Source of the DNA: Epithemia pelagica
Taxonomy: Eukaryota; Protista; Bacillariophyta
Reading direction: 5' to 3'
NCBI GenBank assembly: GCA_946965045.2
Contig: OX337236.1
Coordinates: forward strand, 1,488,001-1,552,000
DNA length: 64,000 nucleotides
The position numbers were made by a program, and so were the translations under genes. Position 1 is the stretch's first letter; every line of letters starts with the position of its first letter. The notes below the pieces were generated by a model, which worked only from the letters and a program-made list of their open reading frames with translations, was not told the DNA's origin and did not search any database. Of this stretch, positions 9,857-21,773 are shown piece by piece.

Positions 9857-12800
9857 TTAAATAATGTTAAAAACTTTTTTGAGTTTGATGACCAACCGCC
9901 AATCCTCGTTCTCTAGTTGTTCCTTGAAGTGGGCCTTCAACGCGTCGATTGATTCACGGGTGAGTTTCGAATAGAGCATGTTAGAAGAATCAAACTGTCG
10001 TCCATACGTAATGGTAGGGTTCCCCTCGTTGACGATCTTGCAGGCAACTGATGATCCCTTGCGAGCAGTCTGCTGTTCTCTTCCATTGCTCTCAATTGAA
10101 GTTACGTTACCAACAAAAAGTCCATCCAACGCGGGAACACAAAGAGGTGTCCCGACCTTGAGAATTCCTTCCACAACCTCTATACCCACAATGATGGGGT
10201 CCTTCTGGTTGAAAATATGTTGTGGCAGGATCTTGATGATGCTGGGGAACACAGCTACTGCTGCTGCCTCTTCCCTTCTTCGTTGGTTTAACTCGTCCAT
10301 AAATCTGGTGAACTGATCAAACAAATGATAAATGATATCGGCTGTCATGATTCGTACACCCATCTCAGTCGCATGTTCTCGTGCTTCTCGAGAAACTTCG
10401 ACATCAAAGGCAAGAACCGTCGCGAACTCAGGGTGTCCTTTTTCATTCATAATTGATATTTTTGTGATGTCTCGCTTTTGAACAGTTCCAATACCAATGG
10501 CGCTCACAGGTATAGGAGGTTTTGTTTCTTCCCGGAGGAACTGTAGAAGAGCTTCCAACGCTCCAAGTGTGGATGCTTGGACAAGCACACCAACCTTGTC
10601 AGTCGATAGTTTAGCTTCCAATTTTGTCAGATCGGACATGACTTCAGCTTTGATATCTTCCTCTTCATCGTCTGGACCAACAACCATTACAGGTGTCCCA
10701 GCCATAACCTTTTCCAGGTTGTTTCCGATCACCTTCACTCCAAGAGCACCTTTGATCTCTTTGTGATGTATATATTCACTCTTTATTCGCATCTCACGGC
10801 TTGGAGGAGGTGTCAAGAGGCCTCTGATCTCGGTTACAATAGGCCCGTCCAGTGTACAAAAAACAGCCCGATCTCCCTCTCGAAGGAAGCCATTCACCAC
10901 CAGGACATCAACTGTCATGCCCAAACCATCAATCGCCTTTACCTCCAGAACGGTACATTGAAGGTTCGCGTGCCACATGATTTTCTCTGTGATTTTGCGC
11001 TGGGCCATTTGACAAAGCAAAAGAAGGACATCTTGCACACCTTCACCTGTGACGGCAGACGTCGGAACAAGTGGGATGAAATCAGAATTGCTCCAGTCGT
11101 CATCCCCCATTTCCCAATAAAGATTCGAGTTCACCCCCTGTTCCTGCAATTGGACTTTGGCATCCGTGGCGCGATTGCGGAATTCGGAGAGGGTTCCATC
11201 TTCTTGCACCTTGAGTGCCTCTCGAATGGGTTGGTCTTTGCACGTTTTCCATCCGTAACAGCGATCAACTTTGTTGAGGGCTACAACAAACGGTACACCC
11301 CGATTGACAAGCATATTTAGACTCTCAATCGTTTGTTGTTCAAGACCGTGCATCAGATCGACAACCAAAATAGCAACGTCGCAAAGAGAGGACCCTCTAG
11401 ATCGCAGATTGGTAAACGATTCGTGACCTGGAGTGTCGATGACTAACATACCAGGAACCTTCAAGTCGACCTTCTCGGTCTCATTCAGTTTTGCCGTCTG
11501 AGCCTCCAAAGTCTTCTTCTCAAAATACGTCGCTCCAATTTGTTGAGTGATCCCTCCGGCTTCACCCTCTTGAACGTTCGTTTTTCGAATCTTGTCCAGC
11601 AGCTTTGTTTTACCTGTATCGACATGCCCCATAATCACAACAACAGGGCACCGAAGATCATCTGGCGATCTAGCAGCTAGATTCTTTTGCTCTTGCTCCA
11701 AACGCTTGCGCTTGCCTTCTTCTCTTTTCTGCTTTGCCAAAGCTGCAGCTCTTTCTTCCGCATCTTTGGCAGCCTGTAGAGCCGCATTCTTTTCAGCTTC
11801 TGCACGTTCCCTCTCAGCACGCTCGAGGCCTAGTTGACGTAACCTTTCCTGTTCTTTCTTTTTCTCTAGAGTAACCAAATCTTCGTCTTCGTCCTCTTCT
11901 TGTCCCTTAACTTGCTTCAGTCGTTCAGCCAAGTCGTCGAATTTTCCGTCGTCATCATCGTCAGAGTCAGCGTCCCACTCGTCTCCGGATGATTCTTCCT
12001 CCGCTTTTGCTTCAGGTTCCCCGTCAGCTTCAATAGCGGCTTCTTTTGCGTCTTCAGCAGGTTCTGGTGAATCCTCTTGCGTCACATCGTCTTTCTGAGG
12101 ACTGTCAGGATGCTCATCCGGCTCCCCAGTCTCCTCTTCTTCTTTCTCAGCATCATCCGCTTTATCCTCTTTGGCTTGTCCTTGAAATGATTTTCCTTTC
12201 CCTCTTCTTCTGCGATCGTCGTATACGATTTTCCCTTTCTTTTCACCGTCTTGGTCTGACGATTCACCTTTCACGGGAAGCATTCCAGCAGCTCTCATTG
12301 CTTCGAGTCGCTGCTCCGCCTGACGCTGTTTCAACTTTTGAGCTTTCGTCATGTATGTACCTTCAGCTTTTTGTCGGTCGATTTTCTCTTTTTGTTTCTG
12401 TTTTTTGCGGAGTCGTTCTTCTTCTTTCTTACGCTCTTCCTCGGCTATTCTGGCTTCTTCTTCCTCGATGCGACGGCGTTCAGCTTCCTCTTCCGCGCGA
12501 ATACGCGCCTCTTCTTCTTGCTGTTTCCGAATACGTTCCGCCACCATCTTACCACGAGCGGAAACCTATCAATGAGAATCGAATCAATGCGCAGTGCACA
12601 AGAGTTACAGAACGAAACGTGAGATTCCCCATTCACAACGAACAACAAAACAAACTCAAACATACCTTTGCAGGTGCCGCGGAACCACTTTCTTCCTTTG
12701 ATTCACCACCACCGCCTTTCTTCTTTTTCTTCTTCTTTTTGTTGTCCTTCTTGGCGCCTTCATCATTTCCCAGTCCGGCTTCGGCTAGGAAAGCTGCTGC

Positions 12801-13025
12801 TGCGTCTCCTGCTCCTTCTGACGGTTTTGATTCCGCTGCCTCTTCCTTCTCTATTTTCTCTTGATTCGCTTCAGAAGGCGTATCTGCAGCAGTATCTGGT
12901 TCAGGTACAGTCGGTGCATCTTTGCTTGCTTCTGCCAAGACTGCATCAAAATCAAAATCATCTTCATCGGTGGCCTGAGGCTTTTTGCCTCCACCGCCAC
13001 CACCTTTCTTTTTCGCTTTTCCCAT
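9857..13025 (-). CDS. eIF5B: Eukaryotic translation initiation factor 5B; join(9857..12565,12666..13025), 100-bp intron
   Basis: GTPase motifs GHVDTGKT, GGITQQIGAT, DTPGHESF, NKVD; charged N-terminus. A phase-0 GTATG...ATAG intron (12665-12566) joins the two ORFs in frame. Confidence 0.96.
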
Positions 13026-13383
13026 CTGATTATATCAAAACTGAGTACTTGTAAAGGTCTTTCGATGGCGATGATCCTACGTGTAGGGTTGTCCCGGAGC
13101 AGCTATGTATGTTAACGATGAATGATGAATGAAATGAAGGGACAAGTTGGAAGTTCCAGACGTAGCGAAAACGTTTACCGGCGTCTGTACTGCGGCGGTC
13201 TCCTTGCATTTTCTGTGATTGATTTGGGTAGATACCAGTCTTAGTACATATGGGCAGAGACCTCTAGAGTCTAAAGTGACTTCTAGTACTAAGAAGCCAA
13301 TCCATGTCTATCCCACTCACACTTCCACCGAAATTTTGTGGTCCTTCTACCATAAAACTCGTTATAATGTCAATCTCTTAAAA

Positions 13384-15786
13384 CTACAATCGGGATTTTT
13401 TGTCTGCCCTGGCTTTGGCCAACATTTCTTCGTACTTGGATGAAACCGGAGCCGTCGTCTCAGCGGAAGGACTCGTAGGAGAATTTTCCAACTCCTCCAC
13501 AAGCAGAGAGCGCATTTTTGCAATCGATGTTGACAACTCTGCAGCTTCTGATGAAGAAATATCCTCCCTTAAACCCATCTTGCCGTTCCCTGAGGCAGCC
13601 ACAAGCTTCTCCAAGACTTCCTCAAAGAAATCAGAGTTTTCGTCCTTGATCGCCACGTTTGTGACAGTTTCTTCAGGAACAACATCGTATACCTCAGTCG
13701 CCCCTGAGGTTCTGTCACTCTTACTTCTTGTGATCGCGGCAGACGGTGTAAATGCTGCAGCATCACCTCCTGCTTCTGTTATTATTGAATTGCATGTCTT
13801 TGCAGCTGAGAACAATGCGGCTCGGAGCGTGATGAGAACACCTTCCTGTAGTTCTGGTGGAGAGTTCTTGTACATTTGAATCGCGCCCTCCACACATGCC
13901 AGCAAACTATTGATTCGCTCTGATCGAGGTATTGAAGAGGGTGCTTGTTCTTCTTCTAGATCGTACGAGGCCACACTCATCATGGAGGATCCGGTTGCCG
14001 GACTCGATTGTTGCGATGGTCGGTTGTCACGTGTTCTTGGGTCAGAGGTTGCCGAACGAAAGGCTTCCAAGTTCTTGAGTTCATTGTCGTTAATAGTGAC
14101 ATCACAAGCACTAATTGCAGATAACAAGGCCGCTCTCAAGTTGATCAGGACACCCTGTTGCAGTTCGGGAGGAGAATTTCGGTACATTTGGGTTGCTCCC
14201 TCGATACACGCGAGAAGAGTAATGATGGGAGTTTGTGGCCGGGATACTGCAGGTTCAATGGCACCTCCCATAGAAGAAGTGGCATCTGAGATAGATGCCA
14301 CTGGAGAGGATGCAGTCGCAACTGCCGTTATGGCAGAAGAAGGTGGCGTTGACGTCAAGCGTGTATCTGCTTGTCCGGCCAAGTCTTTTGCGTTTGTAAA
14401 GCTTTCTTGAGGAAACTGCTTAGCTTCTTCACGAAGCATGGTGGAAAGTTCTCCCGCCAAGGCTTCCATTTTTGCTGCTTCTGTACCCTGCAATCGTCCA
14501 GCTCCGAAACCTGCACCTCCTCGATGTTTCAACATCAGACCCATGAGTGTTCGAATATCTCTACGGGTACTTTCCTCGGACGTTGGTTCCTCACCTGTCT
14601 TGGGCAGTTCTTTCGGAGCAGGTGGCTCTTGTACGACTTGTTCATATTCCGCGTCCACGGCATTCTTTTCAGGCGGGGTACTCGTCACGGGTTCCACGAT
14701 GGATTCCAACTTTGGTTGCTCCACGAGTGGTTCGGCGGGAGGAGATGGTGCTGGTGCTGGTGGAGGGCTTTTCTCCAGCACTAAAGATGCGGTCTGTGCT
14801 TTGGCGGGTGGTGAGCCACCCTTTTTCCTTTGCATAAGTCTGTCCTTGTATGAAATTCCCGAGTACGACTTTGGCTTGGTTTCACGATTATCGTCCAACA
14901 TGTAGGGAAGAATCATTTCGTCTGGAGATGTATCCAACATTTCTTTTTCCTTGGCCTTTTGCTCTTCCAGGTATGGATTGACATGTAGTTTAATATTCTG
15001 AATGGATGGATCGGAAAAGACCGCATTGGCTGTTTCATCGTCACCCGAATGACGGGCAATGTTCCTGGAGGAAGAATCACGTTTCAACTGAGCAAAGTAA
15101 ACATCGGCACTGTTGACAATGGCATCCGCATCACGATTTCGGCCAATTTTTCGCCCCATGGCATCGACTCCTCCTTGCATGTAGTTGCCTCTCGGAGCAT
15201 TTGCTTGTTGTTGTGGTGGTGGTGCATACGCCGCATATCCACCAGGTTGTTGCGGAGGGGCAGCCCCTTGCATCATTTCACGAAACATTCGTGCTTGCTC
15301 TTCCACAGAGAGATTATTGGGATCCAACGCCGCGGGTTGTTGTTGTGGTGGTGGTGGTGGTGCGTAATAGGCTTGTTGAGGCTGTGATTGCCGCTCTTTC
15401 GCTCGATTCATCATTTCTCTGAATAATTTCCCTCCACCAGAGGCTTCTTCTTCAGGAGTATGGCTGTTCTTTATTTTATCAATCATTTCCGAGGTGAGTT
15501 CGGCGCCTTCAATGGAATTCGACAAATCTTCGTCGTCGTCGTCGTCTTTCCCATCTTCTGGTCTTCCAAAGCGGCTCATTTGAAAGTAGCGATCGTTCGC
15601 ATCCTCACGGTCCTTATCGTTTCCTGAAAGCGAATTAAGAAAATTATCATTGTCCCAACCCAATCCTCCAACTCGAATTGGTCGAACATGGTGGTAGGCA
15701 CGACGATGCACGGGCATGAATGCCTCCAATCGGCTGCTTCCCAGCCATCCCAGAATAAACACTTGTAGGAACATGGAATAACCCAT
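13384..15786 (-). CDS. Uncharacterised, probably plastid-targeted protein with a duplicated ~40-aa helical module
   Basis: 800-aa ORF; signal peptide ends LEA-F; two copies of LLAC[IV]EGA.QMY.NSPPELQ.GVLI.LRAAL.SA. Confidence 0.8.
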   Translation of the reverse strand: MGYSMFLQVFILGWLGSSRLEAFMPVHRRAYHHVRPIRVGGLGWDNDNFLNSLSGNDKDREDANDRYFQMSRFGRPEDGKDDDDDEDLSNSIEGAELTSEMIDKIKNSHTPEEEASGGGKLFREMMNRAKERQSQPQQAYYAPPPPPQQQPAALDPNNLSVEEQARMFREMMQGAAPPQQPGGYAAYAPPPQQQANAPRGNYMQGGVDAMGRKIGRNRDADAIVNSADVYFAQLKRDSSSRNIARHSGDDETANAVFSDPSIQNIKLHVNPYLEEQKAKEKEMLDTSPDEMILPYMLDDNRETKPKSYSGISYKDRLMQRKKGGSPPAKAQTASLVLEKSPPPAPAPSPPAEPLVEQPKLESIVEPVTSTPPEKNAVDAEYEQVVQEPPAPKELPKTGEEPTSEESTRRDIRTLMGLMLKHRGGAGFGAGRLQGTEAAKMEALAGELSTMLREEAKQFPQESFTNAKDLAGQADTRLTSTPPSSAITAVATASSPVASISDATSSMGGAIEPAVSRPQTPIITLLACIEGATQMYRNSPPELQQGVLINLRAALLSAISACDVTINDNELKNLEAFRSATSDPRTRDNRPSQQSSPATGSSMMSVASYDLEEEQAPSSIPRSERINSLLACVEGAIQMYKNSPPELQEGVLITLRAALFSAAKTCNSIITEAGGDAAAFTPSAAITRSKSDRTSGATEVYDVVPEETVTNVAIKDENSDFFEEVLEKLVAASGNGKMGLREDISSSEAAELSTSIAKMRSLLVEELENSPTSPSAETTAPVSSKYEEMLAKARADKKSRL

Positions 15787-16061
15787 CAGCTCAATCCTGG
15801 CAAGAATGTAACACGATGTTGGGTATAGCAGTCCTTGAGAGCTTCGACCTACTCCGTATATCCCCTCTTGTTGTTCTGTTTCTTTCAGGACGAGGAATCT
15901 TCAGTGATTGTTGTGGATGAGATAGAAAAGTAAAAGTGATGTCTGCGTGACGGACTCGAACTGAGAAAAAATGGATGGAAGCAAACCGTCCAGTTTAAAT
16001 TTAAAATTTAAAAATCCATCAGTCAGTTTTCGAAAGGGACCATCCAACAGAAAATCTGACC

Positions 16062-17108
16062 ATGAAGATACCATTCCGACCAATCCTCTGGATACTTTTT
16101 GCGATAGCTCCATACGCATCATCATGGACAACGCATGTCCATATCTCACACCGTCCTCAATGGAGAACGAGCGACGGGCGAATATCGGAAGCTTCGCTAA
16201 GGTTGTCGTCCTCGTCGTCTTCTTCGACGACGTCTCACGTCGATGCGGCCAAGGAAATCTACTCGATGCCAGCCCTCTACGATCTGGCGTTTTCCTTTCG
16301 AGATTTTGAGCACGAAGTCGACTTTTTACTGGAAACACATGCGAGCCACTCTGGATTTCCAGCTTGTCGTATTCTCGACGTGGGAGCTGGTCCGGCACGA
16401 CATGGCATTGCCGCATTGCAAAAACTATCGGCGTCATCATCCTCCGTGACATGCATTGATGCCTCTCCCGATATGGCAGGCTACGCACAACAATTGGCCA
16501 TTGACGAACTAGACCAAGACCAACGCGAGAACTTTCACTATGTGGTGGACGATTTTCGAACCTTTCAACTCGATAATGTGGAGCTCTTTGATTCGGCATG
16601 GATTTTGTTGGGTTCTCTTCAGCACTTGACCAAAAACTCGGAGGTCGTTCAGTGCTTTTCCTGTATTCATAAGAGTTTGAGATCCAAAGGAACAGTGGTC
16701 ATTGAGTTGCCTCATCCACGAGAAACCTTCACCATGATTGATTGCACTCGAAATGATTGGACGGTGCCCCTGGAAGACGAAAATGGAGCCGATTCTGGGG
16801 AATTAAAAATCATTTGGGGAGATGATGACGATGAGTTTGATCCAATCACGCAAGTGCGACAGTTGACTATTGAGATGAAACTGTCTTCCGATAAAGACCA
16901 CGATGAGACACTGGACAAAACCACGAGCGAAATGAGAAATGTTCGAGGAATCGTTCCAACCAGGCTCTTTACAGCGCAAGAAATGAATGCCTTGGCAACA
17001 ATGGCTGGTTTTGATGTGATTGCCATGTATGGAGCGCTGGAAGAAGGGGTGCCCGTGGATGATGAAGATGCCGCATTCCGTCTCATTTGCGTGTTGCAAA
17101 AGCCGTAG
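16062..17108 (+). CDS. Class I SAM-dependent methyltransferase with N-terminal targeting peptide
   Basis: Motif I ILDVGAGPARHG, followed by VTCIDASPDM, VVDDFRTF, FDSAWILLGSLQHL; signal peptide ends ASS-W. Confidence 0.88.
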   Translation: MKIPFRPILWILFAIAPYASSWTTHVHISHRPQWRTSDGRISEASLRLSSSSSSSTTSHVDAAKEIYSMPALYDLAFSFRDFEHEVDFLLETHASHSGFPACRILDVGAGPARHGIAALQKLSASSSSVTCIDASPDMAGYAQQLAIDELDQDQRENFHYVVDDFRTFQLDNVELFDSAWILLGSLQHLTKNSEVVQCFSCIHKSLRSKGTVVIELPHPRETFTMIDCTRNDWTVPLEDENGADSGELKIIWGDDDDEFDPITQVRQLTIEMKLSSDKDHDETLDKTTSEMRNVRGIVPTRLFTAQEMNALATMAGFDVIAMYGALEEGVPVDDEDAAFRLICVLQKP

Positions 17109-17385
17109 GCCATGTCTTTCTGGTCAAGGAAACATCAACTGTCATCAACCAGGAACCACTTGGACAAGCTTGGCCTGGAGGCGCAAAGATGATGTGAGGT
17201 CGTTGCATGGGTGAAAACGGAATGGTGATTCTTCACCCTTGATGGCTTTGATATCTACGTAATCAATTCGTTTCAAAGAAGAAAGTGACAATTGCATACC
17301 TCGTGCAAAAGCACATCCTCATCTAATGTCATTGAATTGATACGATATCTTTAAGCAACCCTTCTATTCTCTTCATCGCGTTCCG

Positions 17386-19726
17386 TCACAGTCCCCAGAG
17401 CGACGTAGCGTTCGCAAAGTCTGCGTCGCTGAGCGACTCAAAGTCATCAACTACGCTATCTCCTTCATCCTTTCCTCTGCAACCTTTCTTGTTGGCGGTT
17501 CTCGTTTGAAGTTGCTTTGTTCGCTCAGGATTCCTAGTTTGATGGTGGGCGCTTGAATCTTGGGAAGGTGTTGCAAATATTTTGACCAGTTCTTTTGTCT
17601 TTGGTGAAACCGACGCTGGTGTAGATTTGGAAGACAAACTGGTCTTTGGTGAAAACGACGCAACCGGTTTGCCACGCAGATCGACCTCCTTTCCATCTTT
17701 ATAAAATCGTATCCATTCTGGGGCATCAAATGATGGATGGCGTTCTTTGGGATGGAAGACAGTCTCCTGGCTTTCATCACTTTCTCGTTTCTTTTCTCCT
17801 GCCTCTTCGGCATTGATACACTTACTTCCCTGAATGACCACAGCATTTGCGGCATTTTTGTTCTCTGTAGCAACAGCTTGAACAGCAACTTTCCCTTCGG
17901 GTCTTTCCCCCAAAGGTTCGACGAGTCCCTTTTCGTCACAAGTCACAGGGGTAGGATCGGCCTCACAACTGTCTTTCTTGGGCAGGGTTTTTGTGGCACC
18001 GCCTTGTCCCTCCAGAGCTTCAGGGGACAAATGACCCTGGGCGCGATTTAGCGGGTCTTCGGTTGCTTCTTTTGTCCCCTGTTGCACAGGTGGCCGTCTA
18101 AACCTTGCAAAACCTCCAGCTGAGCACTTGCTACCAACCGTAGCAAAACCATCATTGAGGACGTCGTTGCTGTAGATTGGTGCCACATTCGTGCCTGTAC
18201 CACATGCAAATGGCCGTGAAGATTCCGAAGCATCCAACGGATTTTCGAAGGATCCGAATAAACGATCGCCACCTGCAAATCCAGTGTTAGACACGGTATA
18301 CTGATTCGATTCCTCAATCTTTTCAGCACTTGAATGAAGGAATGAATCTGTCGGAAATGATGTGAAAGAGTCGCGCTGAGATTTCCCACATTGAGAATCA
18401 AACATTGCTCCAGCTAGTGGAGTGTCCTCGATCGGGCTCCGTTGTTCGTTCGTGCCGTCCAATGAAAACGACCCAGTTGTGACTGAAACTGGATCAGAAG
18501 CAAAAGCATTGCCAACGAATTCAAATTCATTTCTGGGCGGTTCTGCACTCTCAACATTCATTTTTCGCTTCTTGAAGCGCTCAATACCCTGATCCTTCAC
18601 CATGAGACCTAAACCTACCTCGTGCGGTATGTTACTTGGCTGTATAGATCGTTGGTACGGATATGCATCCCATGAGACATTTTGGACATGACTTCTTGGA
18701 TCACTTTGGCGCGGCTTAGAGAGTCTTGCCCCTCCCCATTTCACTTCAAAGCTGTTTTCTTGATAGTACCTTGGGGTTTGAGACTCTTCGCAGAGCAGGC
18801 TACCAAACGCAGGATCATATTCTCCAGACTCTGGATACTGTTGTAGATGACCAAAGGATGCGTCAATGCCCTGAGCTCTATCTCCGCCGTTTACGTACCT
18901 TTTCGCTGCGAATGGTGGGGGAGGAGAGCGAATCACGACGGCATTTTGCGTCATGGGCTGCACAAAACCTGCAGTATCATTTTGTGGAAGAGCCTCCGAT
19001 TGTCGCCACTGAGACTCCATCATTTCTTGAGAGAACTGAGCAGGACGAGGACTCGTTGAGCGGATGTATTGGGAACCATGGAGCATCGAACGGCGTGGTC
19101 CATTAACTAGAGGTGGTCCATTAAGTAGAGCAGGACCAGATGAATTCTGAGCAGTTAATGGTGGCTGCAATCTAGCAGAAGGCGGTATTACCCGTGATTG
19201 CGTTGGAGGTAATAGCCTGAGGGCATTAGTCAATTGAGCAGGATCCCGAATGCGGCGGTTGGGCACCGGGTTGGGCACCGTACGAGGAGCTACATGGGAA
19301 GATGTGATAATGGCTCCAGTAGGTAAACGCGAGGGGATCCGTCGAGCGGAAGTGCCAGCGGAAACCATAGGGCGACGCACGGAAGGGTCGGTATATCCTC
19401 TCCGTTCTCCGAGAACTGCGGAAGGACCAAGAAATGGACATGAGTGGTGGGAAGTGGGAAGGAAGCCATACAATGTGTGACAAACAATGACGACATTAGA
19501 CATTAACCTTGGAATGCAAAATTATGATGCACATCATGAACTTACTTTCGGAAGAAAGCCTCGGTCTCGTGAGATTGGACGATTGTGACGGAGCTGGGTT
19601 TGTCATCTGCCACATTCCTACGCCAGCGTTTGCTTTTGGCCGAGGTCTTCTTCTTCCAACAGCATTGTTTTGCCTTTCAATGGCTTTTAACCTTGATCGG
19701 CCCGAAGTCATCCAGTAATCACCCAT
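17386..19726 (-). CDS. Hypothetical protein, probably join(17386..19415,19546..19726), ~736 aa
   Basis: Long ORF 17386-19503. A GTAAGT donor at 19545 and CGCAG acceptor at 19416 are both phase 1 and join the 19726 ATG exon in frame. No domain recognised. Confidence 0.65.
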
Positions 19727-20051
19727 GGTTCCACTTCTCAGAGTACCTCAAGAGCGCTTGAAAAATCTATTGTTGCGAACAAGGGACAACGACGTCTCGT
19801 ATTGGAAAAAGGAGAGCGCAAATCCTTCCATCTTCCATGGTGGGAGAGCAAAAAGTGTGATGGAAAGTTTCGCACGACCGTTGCTTCCGAATGTCGACTC
19901 ATAAGCGACTCCATATCGATTTGTTGTCGCACCGCGTTCAACGGTTCTTACATTCAAGATCAGGCGAAAGTGAAAGGACCTTTTCGCGCATTGGTTTTTG
20001 AAATTTCAGTAGCTTTAGTACCGAGTCCTACGTGCGCAAGCACCTCCGTCC

Positions 20052-21773
20052 ATGATGACCATGGCGGAACCCTCTACATCGACGCCAACAACCGAGAACA
20101 TGGCAGACGACGCAAGCACTAACACTCAAACCATCGATAATCAAGCGATCCCGTACGAAGGTGAGGAGAAAGAGTACACCCTCAAGTTTCTTTTCCGTCC
20201 CAAGGCCAGCAAAAACACCAACGTCGCGAAGAACCACTACGCGATTCTCCAAGCCATGCTCCAAGTCTTTCCTGAGATTGTTCTCTTCAACAATCATGGC
20301 GAAATCATCAATCCCAAGAAGCTCAAGACTATTCTGAACTATAACGATTATCTCCGCAATTTCAACCTCCACTTCTCCAAGGGCAATGCTGATAAGAATC
20401 GAGCCCCCATCTACATCGTTGTGCACCGCATTCGTTCAAGGATTCCTGTGAGCCAGATCAGGCGCGACAGCACAATTTCTCACATCTTGTCTGAAGGAAG
20501 AGCTAAAATGACTGTACACGGTTGGAACGAAGATGAAGTTCGCATTTCCAACATTGGTTTCTTCGTCGGATACGATCCTAGTAACATTCTTCATGAAGAA
20601 ATGGATGAATGGATCAAGAAGAAAATCTTTGAAAGTACTGGAACCATGCTCAAAAAGATCCCCAAGTTTCGATGTGGTTTCTCGTCACCATTCCTTGTTG
20701 ATGACGACGGATATCGATTCGCAACCAAGACATTTGACCTCCAATGCCGCCAACAAGATGCTAAGGAATTGATTGAACTGCTGTCGACGACGTATCGCGA
20801 CAATCCTCGATTCGTTTTTCACCGAGTTCGCCACTCTCAACCTGATACTTATCGCCGTGCTATCTTGAAGCAAAACGCATACCTCAAGAAATGTCGAATC
20901 GTACCCATTGAAGGATTATCTTCGGACATGTTGTGGTATGGGATGCGAGAACGTATAAATAGTATTCCTGGAGTACACCGAGTTACCAAACACCGAATGA
21001 CTGGTGAGAAAGGAAGATGGAGCATCCACACTGACATGCTTCATTTCAGTCAAGTCGTCACGGCCGTGAAGGGAAATTTAACACGTTGGGCTGATGAAGT
21101 GAGCGAAGCAAACACAATTCAAACTGGATATTCATTCTTACCAAGATTGGCATTTAAGAAGAACGCATTTGATGACTACGACGACGACGATGACGAATCA
21201 CACGCAAGTTCGTTTCAGACTTACATGACAGCTTGTAGTTCTCTCTATGCTGCCGACGAAGACGATTGTATGAACCCCCCATCGAATTCCGCTCCTGTTG
21301 CTCAAGCATGGGTTTGTCCTATCCAGATCAAAACCGTGGTTGCTGGTCAGAGAACGGAAGAAGCACAAAGCCAGATAACGCAGGACGATTACGACCGTCT
21401 CAAGTCCAAAAATGACAAATTGACCCGTGAAATCCGTGAGCTAAAGGACCAATTCAGACAATTTATGGAGGAACAAAAACAAGCTCGAACCACGACAGTG
21501 AGTCAACAAGAAAAGACCGATTTCAAAGCACTCTTAAAGGCAGCCATGACTGAAATCTGTGAAGAAATGACTCAAATGGCACAATCTCAAAACCAGAACA
21601 CTCCCAATAATAGCGAAGGAAATCGGGCAGAGGCACAAGAGCCAGCCAATAACGATTCAGAACAGCGGGCTACGTCCAATCTTGACGTAAGCATGGCACA
21701 GGCCAATTTGTCCTTTCATGCGGACGAATCCCTGATGCAATCAAGTCTGTTTAGCCATGACTCCGACTCATAG
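20052..21773 (+). CDS. LINE ORF1 (putative nucleic-acid chaperone with C-terminal coiled coil)
   Basis: 573-aa ORF starting 102 nt inside the left TSD and overlapping the ORF2 start by 17 nt; heptad region DYDRLKSKNDKLTREIRELKDQF. Confidence 0.85.
   Translation: MMTMAEPSTSTPTTENMADDASTNTQTIDNQAIPYEGEEKEYTLKFLFRPKASKNTNVAKNHYAILQAMLQVFPEIVLFNNHGEIINPKKLKTILNYNDYLRNFNLHFSKGNADKNRAPIYIVVHRIRSRIPVSQIRRDSTISHILSEGRAKMTVHGWNEDEVRISNIGFFVGYDPSNILHEEMDEWIKKKIFESTGTMLKKIPKFRCGFSSPFLVDDDGYRFATKTFDLQCRQQDAKELIELLSTTYRDNPRFVFHRVRHSQPDTYRRAILKQNAYLKKCRIVPIEGLSSDMLWYGMRERINSIPGVHRVTKHRMTGEKGRWSIHTDMLHFSQVVTAVKGNLTRWADEVSEANTIQTGYSFLPRLAFKKNAFDDYDDDDDESHASSFQTYMTACSSLYAADEDDCMNPPSNSAPVAQAWVCPIQIKTVVAGQRTEEAQSQITQDDYDRLKSKNDKLTREIRELKDQFRQFMEEQKQARTTTVSQQEKTDFKALLKAAMTEICEEMTQMAQSQNQNTPNNSEGNRAEAQEPANNDSEQRATSNLDVSMAQANLSFHADESLMQSSLFSHDSDS

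Noticed and set aside
15901-16599. 232-aa minus-strand ORF and many similar 60-350 aa overlapping ORFs
   Set aside because: Antisense or alternate-frame shadows of well-supported genes or TE ORFs.
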